Part shown: in pieces, positions 30,707 to 35,294 of the stretch
Position numbering within the stretch: position 1 is the first letter of the stretch
Layout: every line of letters starts with the position of its first letter
Origin: Nitratireductor sp.
GTDB lineage: Bacteria; Pseudomonadota; Alphaproteobacteria; Rhizobiales; Rhizobiaceae
Assembly: GCA_045105915.1 (NCBI GenBank)
Contig: JBGCEA010000189.1
Location: 1 to 35,294, forward strand
DNA: 35,294 nt
Direction: 5' to 3'
Program-made: the position numbers and the translations under genes
Notes under the pieces: model-generated
Databases searched by the model: none
The model's input: the letters and a program-made list of their open reading frames with translations, nothing else
Told to the model about the DNA's origin: nothing

Positions 30707-31091
30707 GTCGAGATTGATGAGGACAAAATAACTTACTCACTCAGTTACAGACAGCCACCTTTGGGGTGAAATATGACAATTTATGCACGTTGAAATCAAC
30801 TATATTATAGTTGCTTATCGTAGAAGCGTGCCTAAATTTGTGAGCGCTTAGTTTTGGCAATCACCTATTTCTAAAAGGCGGTTAATGGGGCGCCGCTAAC
30901 GGCTAGAGTTTTTTACTCTTGGTTTTTGTATTGTTTACCGGCTGTTAGCATCGGGGGACTTTTAAATTTATATAATGCCTAAAGCGGCTGAATGCAAAAT
31001 TATGCATTTTCGCTAACGCTATTGGTTTGCCTTTTTAAAGGTGTTTTGTTTGGCATGTTTTATTGCGTTTGCCGCTCGTTGAGCGGTTTTT
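30707..31091 (+). ncRNA. Candidate structured leader RNA or sRNA upstream of rhodanese-dnaA
   Basis: Promoter at 5' end, at least five hand-identified stem-loops with G-U pairs, terminator-like GCCGCTC-GTT-GAGCGGT-TTTT at 3' end; no long ORF. Confidence 0.4.
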
Positions 31092-31170
31092 GAAATAGAC
31101 GTGAAATTACAGCCAAACTTTGAGTGACGAATTGAATATTGAAATTTATAAGTAAAGGCGGAATGAAAAA

Positions 31171-31641
31171 GTGGAATATAGTGGCGACAAAACATGTTTG
31201 GAAACATTTGAAGCATTGACCAATGATGGCTCAGATTCAAATGCGACTAAAGCAGTCTTAATAGATGTTCGCACAATGGGTGAGTGGGAAGCCATTGGTG
31301 TTCCTGCACTGCCTGAAAATGCGATTGCGCCTATTTTTGTTGAATGGCAAAAATCGCCAACAATGATGATCAATCCAATGTTTGTAAAAGAGGTGCACGC
31401 ACAACTTAGCGATCTTGGCATTGGCATGAATGATTCAATCTACTTTCTTTGCCGTTCTGGCGTTCGCAGCATGAGTGCAGCCGCGGCCATGTCAGGCTTT
31501 GGCTATAATAAGACTTTCAATATTTTAGATGGCTATGAGGGCAACCCAGATAGCAATGGCGACAGACAAAAAATAAGCGGTTGGGTTTTCGACAAACTGC
31601 CTATAGCCGAATATGCATCAAACAAGCAGCAGCACGAGTGA
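31171..31641 (+). CDS. Single-domain rhodanese (sulfurtransferase-like) protein
   Basis: GTG start; YSGD, LIDVRTMGEW..IGVP, active-site loop FLCRSGVRS, NILDGYEG...GW..LP. Confidence 0.88.
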   Translation: MEYSGDKTCLETFEALTNDGSDSNATKAVLIDVRTMGEWEAIGVPALPENAIAPIFVEWQKSPTMMINPMFVKEVHAQLSDLGIGMNDSIYFLCRSGVRSMSAAAAMSGFGYNKTFNILDGYEGNPDSNGDRQKISGWVFDKLPIAEYASNKQQHE

Positions 31642-31714
31642 AGCTAAGCTTTAACTAAAACGTGCAGAGCCCTAGCAATGGGGGAACAATAAAAATAAAA
31701 AACGAGGCAAAAAA

Positions 31715-33208
31715 ATGAACACTGCTGCTACACCAAACAATCAAACAAATGCCAGCGATAAAGACAAAATTGAAATGGATGCAAAGTGGTTGCGCGTGAA
31801 AAGCCAATTACAATCAAAACTTGGTACTGAAGTTTTTAATAGCTGGTTTGGCCGCCTAAAAGTAGAAAACATATCAGGCGGTGTAGCGGTGCACTCTGTG
31901 CCTACTACCTTTCTAAAATCTTGGATCACGTCTCACTATAGAGATTTACTTTGCGAGCTATGGCAAAAAGAAGATAAGAAAATTTTGCGTGCAGACATTG
32001 CAGTTAGAAGCGCAATTAGACGCTCGGCTGTAACCGTAAAACCGCCAGTTGAAAACGCAGAAAAGAAGCAAGGTTTTCACGAGCAGCCAAGCAGAGCATT
32101 TTTAACACCACAAACAATGACAAGAAGCGCCACTATTGGTGGTCCAGAGCAAAGCTCAGGCTTTTCAGGTTCGCCTCTTGATAAAAAATACAAGTTCTCT
32201 TCTTTCATTGAAAGCAAATCAAACCGCATGGCTTATGCAGCCGCGCGCTCTGTTGCTGAAGATGATGGATCGGCTGTAAGATTTAACCCACTATTCATTC
32301 ATGCAAATGTTGGCCTTGGTAAAACACATTTATTACAAGCTATTGCATGGGAAGTACGTGAAAGAGATCCTCGCAAAAAAGTGCATTACTTAACCGCTGA
32401 TTATTTTATGTGGCGTTTTGCAACTGCCCTTCGAGATCAAACAGCCTTATCGTTTAAAGAGTCGCTGCGTGATATCGATCTTCTGATCATTGATGATATG
32501 CAGTTCTTGCAGGGTAAAGCCATTCAAGCAGAATTTTGTCACTTGCTGAACGATCTTATTGATAGTGCAAAGCAAGTAGTGGTAGCGGCAGACCGCCCAC
32601 CAACAGAACTTGAAAGCTTGAATGAGCGCGTTCGCTCACGTCTTAAAGGCGGCGTAGCGCTAGAGATTGATGCGCCTGACTATGACCTTAGAAAAGGCAT
32701 TTTGAACCTTCGCTACGAAGAAGCTAAACGCGATCAACCAAGCTTAGATATTCCAGAAGATATTCGTCACTATGTGGCACGCCAGGTAAATACATCTGGT
32801 CGCGATATTGATGGTGCATTTAACCAACTATTGCTTCAGCATAAATATTCAGATGGCCCAGAAGGCTTTGAAGAATTAGATAAAATGCTACGCCATCTTA
32901 TTCGTTCAAACGATCATAAGCGTGTTAGAATTGAGGACATTCAAAAAATTGTTTCTCGTCAATTTAATGTTGCTCGTAACGATTTACTTTCAAACAGACG
33001 TACGCGTGTTATTGTTCGTCCTCGTCAGATTGCTATGTATTTGTCTAAGGTTATGACACCGCGCTCTCTACCAGAAATTGGCAGACGTTTTGGCGGCAGA
33101 GACCACACAACAGTATTGCACGCAGTGCGCAAGATTGAAGGCATGCTAGCGGCTGATCAAAAAATGGCTCACGAAATTGAATTGCTAAAGCGTTTGATTT
33201 TAGACTAG
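31715..33208 (+). CDS. dnaA: Chromosomal replication initiator DnaA
   Basis: FNPLFIH..VGLGKTHLL, LLIIDDMQF, RPRQIAMYL, SLPEIGRRFGGRDHTTVLHAVRKI. Confidence 0.98.
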   Translation: MNTAATPNNQTNASDKDKIEMDAKWLRVKSQLQSKLGTEVFNSWFGRLKVENISGGVAVHSVPTTFLKSWITSHYRDLLCELWQKEDKKILRADIAVRSAIRRSAVTVKPPVENAEKKQGFHEQPSRAFLTPQTMTRSATIGGPEQSSGFSGSPLDKKYKFSSFIESKSNRMAYAAARSVAEDDGSAVRFNPLFIHANVGLGKTHLLQAIAWEVRERDPRKKVHYLTADYFMWRFATALRDQTALSFKESLRDIDLLIIDDMQFLQGKAIQAEFCHLLNDLIDSAKQVVVAADRPPTELESLNERVRSRLKGGVALEIDAPDYDLRKGILNLRYEEAKRDQPSLDIPEDIRHYVARQVNTSGRDIDGAFNQLLLQHKYSDGPEGFEELDKMLRHLIRSNDHKRVRIEDIQKIVSRQFNVARNDLLSNRRTRVIVRPRQIAMYLSKVMTPRSLPEIGRRFGGRDHTTVLHAVRKIEGMLAADQKMAHEIELLKRLILD

Positions 33209-33240
33209 GCAAAATGCCTTAAACGAGCCTAAAGACTATG

Positions 33241-33278
33241 GGAGAGTTGAAAAGCCTTGGCTTTTTACTCTCCTTTTT
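33241..33278 (+). terminator. Intrinsic terminator after dnaA
   Basis: GGAGAGT-TG-AAAAGCC-TT-GGCTTTT-T-ACTCTCC-TTTTT. Confidence 0.75.
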
Positions 33279-33301
33279 GCAATTTGGCTAAAATGCATAG
33301 C

Positions 33302-33310
33302 TTATGCACA
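33302..33310 (+). promoter_or_regulatory. Single DnaA box upstream of dnaN
   Basis: TTATGCACA matches consensus TTWTNCACA. Confidence 0.45.
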
Positions 33311-33466
33311 TGTTCAATCGCTTTAGGCTTGGCAAACGCTTGCAAATTTAGCGAATTTTTCGCAATTTATAATGAGCAGATACATAGTTAGCTTGAAGAG
33401 ACGCTTCGCTGATATTATATTTCCTGCATCACAAGACAAAGTATGCTTCCTTGAAGGATGGGTAAA

Positions 33467-34585
33467 ATGCGCGTAACGATTGAACGATCAAATCTACTTA
33501 AATCATTAGGACACGTGCACCGTGTTGTTGAGAGAAGGAATACGATTCCTATTCTGTCTAATGTTTTATTACGTGCAGAAGGCAATGAGTTGCACCTAAA
33601 GGCGACCGACCTTGATTTAGAAATATTTGAAAGAGTACCAGCGATGATTGAACAAGCGGGCGCTACTACTGTGCCAGCACATATGCTGCATGACATTGTT
33701 CGCAAACTACAAGATGGTTCTGAAGTTTTGCTTGCAAGCGATGAAGATGGCAGCTCAATAAAAGTCGCTGCGGGTCGCTCGCGCTTTACATTGCAAATGC
33801 TACCAGACACAGATTTTCCTGATATTACTGCTGGTGACTTTACGCATACATTTAGATTGCCAGCCAGCGCCTTAAAAGAGCTAATTGACCACACGCAATT
33901 TGCAATTTCTACAGAAGAAACGCGTTATTATTTGAATGGTATTTATCTGCACACTGTAGAAGACGATGGCATGACGGTGCTGCGTGCAGTAGCAACAGAT
34001 GGACACCGCCTTGCGCGCGCGCAATGCGAAGCGCCAGATGGCTCAGATGGTATGCCAGGAATTATTATTCCTAAAAAGGCAGTTGGCGAAATTCAAAAAT
34101 TAGTAGAAGATCCAGATGCTACTGTCAGCATTGAAGTGTCTGAAACAAAAATTAGACTAACAGTTGGCCAAGTTGTTTTAACGTCAAAACTAATTGATGG
34201 CACATTCCCAGATTACACACGTGTTATTCCTGAGGGTAACGACAAAGAACTAAAAATGGATCGCGCTGCATTTGCGCATGCGGTTGATCGTGTATCAACG
34301 GTTTCTTCTGATCGTGGGCGCGCTGTTAAACTTGCGCTAAGCGATGGACAAATTATCTTGTCGGTTAACAATCCAGAATCTGGAACGGCTACTGAAGAAG
34401 TTGCAGTAAGCTATGAATCTGAAGCCATGGAAATTGGTTTCAATTCTAAATACTTGCTCGATATCTCAAGCCAGTTAACAGGCGAAGAAGCAATCTTCAT
34501 GTTGTCTGATTCAGGCTCTCCAACTCTCATCAGAGATTCATCTGGCAGCGGCGCATTATTTGTTTTGATGCCAATGAGGGTTTAA
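33467..34585 (+). CDS. dnaN: DNA polymerase III beta sliding clamp
   Basis: MRVTIERS start with AAGGA SD; RNTIPILSNVL, ETRYYLNG, VATDGHRLA, GTFPDY, VLMPMRV. Confidence 0.98.
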   Translation: MRVTIERSNLLKSLGHVHRVVERRNTIPILSNVLLRAEGNELHLKATDLDLEIFERVPAMIEQAGATTVPAHMLHDIVRKLQDGSEVLLASDEDGSSIKVAAGRSRFTLQMLPDTDFPDITAGDFTHTFRLPASALKELIDHTQFAISTEETRYYLNGIYLHTVEDDGMTVLRAVATDGHRLARAQCEAPDGSDGMPGIIIPKKAVGEIQKLVEDPDATVSIEVSETKIRLTVGQVVLTSKLIDGTFPDYTRVIPEGNDKELKMDRAAFAHAVDRVSTVSSDRGRAVKLALSDGQIILSVNNPESGTATEEVAVSYESEAMEIGFNSKYLLDISSQLTGEEAIFMLSDSGSPTLIRDSSGSGALFVLMPMRV

Positions 34586-34623
34586 TGCTGGCATAAGCCA
34601 GCGCCTTAAAGGGAGCTAAAGAT

Positions 34624-35294
34624 TTGCCTGCAACTTTGGCACCTGTATTTGTAAGAGAATTAAAACTAACAAATTTTAGAAATTATACATCGCTCAAATT
34701 AGAGATGGATGAACGTCATGTTGTGCTAACTGGAGACAATGGCGCAGGCAAAACCAACCTTATGGAAGCCATCTCCTTTTTATCGCCGGGGCGCGGCTTA
34801 AGACGCGCTAAATATGACAAAGTAGGTAGGTCTTTATCGTCTGGTGCGTGGAGCGTTTTTTGTGAGCTTGAAGGCGCGCAAGGGCCTGTCTCTATTGGCA
34901 CTGGCCTATATGAGACTGCCATGGGTGTTGAAAGCATAAGGCGCGTTAGAATTAATAGCGCCCCTGCAAAAGCTGCTGATGAATTGCTAGAGCATTCTCG
35001 TATTGTTTGGCTCACCCCTTCTATGGATGGCCTGTTTACGGGCGGGGCCGCTGAGCGCCGCAAATTTTTAGACCGCATGGTTTTGGCAATTGATCCGATG
35101 CATGGGCGACGTGTGGCAGATTTTGAAAAATCGATGCGCGGCAGAAATAAGTTGCTGAGCGAAGACGCGCCAGATTCGCAATGGATGGACGCATTAGAAG
35201 CCCAAATGGCAGAGCTTGGCACAGCGATAATAGCAGCAAGAATGGAATTTATTGATCTTCTATCCAATGCCATTATCAATAACCATGACAGCGC
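34624..35294 (+). CDS. recF: DNA replication/repair protein RecF, truncated by window end (absent from the supplied ORF track)
   Basis: TTG start with GGGAG SD; LKLTNFRNY, LTGDNGAGKTNLMEAISFLSPGRGLRR, WLTPSMDGLF, ERRKFLDR. Confidence 0.93.
   Translation, partial: MPATLAPVFVRELKLTNFRNYTSLKLEMDERHVVLTGDNGAGKTNLMEAISFLSPGRGLRRAKYDKVGRSLSSGAWSVFCELEGAQGPVSIGTGLYETAMGVESIRRVRINSAPAKAADELLEHSRIVWLTPSMDGLFTGGAAERRKFLDRMVLAIDPMHGRRVADFEKSMRGRNKLLSEDAPDSQWMDALEAQMAELGTAIIAARMEFIDLLSNAIINNHDS

Noticed and set aside
30199-31170. oriC in the AT-rich rpsT-dnaA gap
   Set aside because: No cluster of DnaA boxes, only near matches at 30579 and 30781; rhizobial origins usually lie near hemE rather than dnaA. 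Genome-wide GC skew would be needed to exclude it fully.
31019-31427. Minus-strand ORFs 31019-31240 and 31146-31427
   Set aside because: They overlap the rhodanese gene antisense, with no motifs or convincing starts.

Overview
AT-rich chromosomal core region of an alphaproteobacterium; gene content and order point to Hyphomicrobiales/Rhizobiales. In order: 3' end of an AcuI/YhdH-type oxidoreductase, a YnjBCD-like ABC transporter, hrpB, regB/regA (ActS/PrrB-ActR/PrrA), an L,D-transpeptidase, glcB, a small heat-shock protein, the rnd-lptCAB-rpoN-hpf-ptsN cluster, ureidoglycine aminohydrolase, an OmpA lipoprotein, a PilZ protein, gyrB, dut, coaBC, an acyltransferase, ubiB, ubiE, mutM, rpsT, a ~970 bp non-coding region, a rhodanese, dnaA, dnaN and the start of recF. 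I see no tRNA/rRNA, IS, prophage or CRISPR. The most striking signal is CoaBC with an N-terminal FitA-like ribbon-helix-helix domain. Four FitA-operator-like octamers sit on overlapping divergent promoters just upstream, and the usual catalytic Cys motif is altered, suggesting an autoregulatory enzyme-repressor for CoA synthesis. The second is a promoter flanked by GANTC sites, followed by a ~385-nt hairpin-rich RNA ending in a terminator-like stem upstream of rhodanese-dnaA. All calls are by eye, without database searches or folding software.
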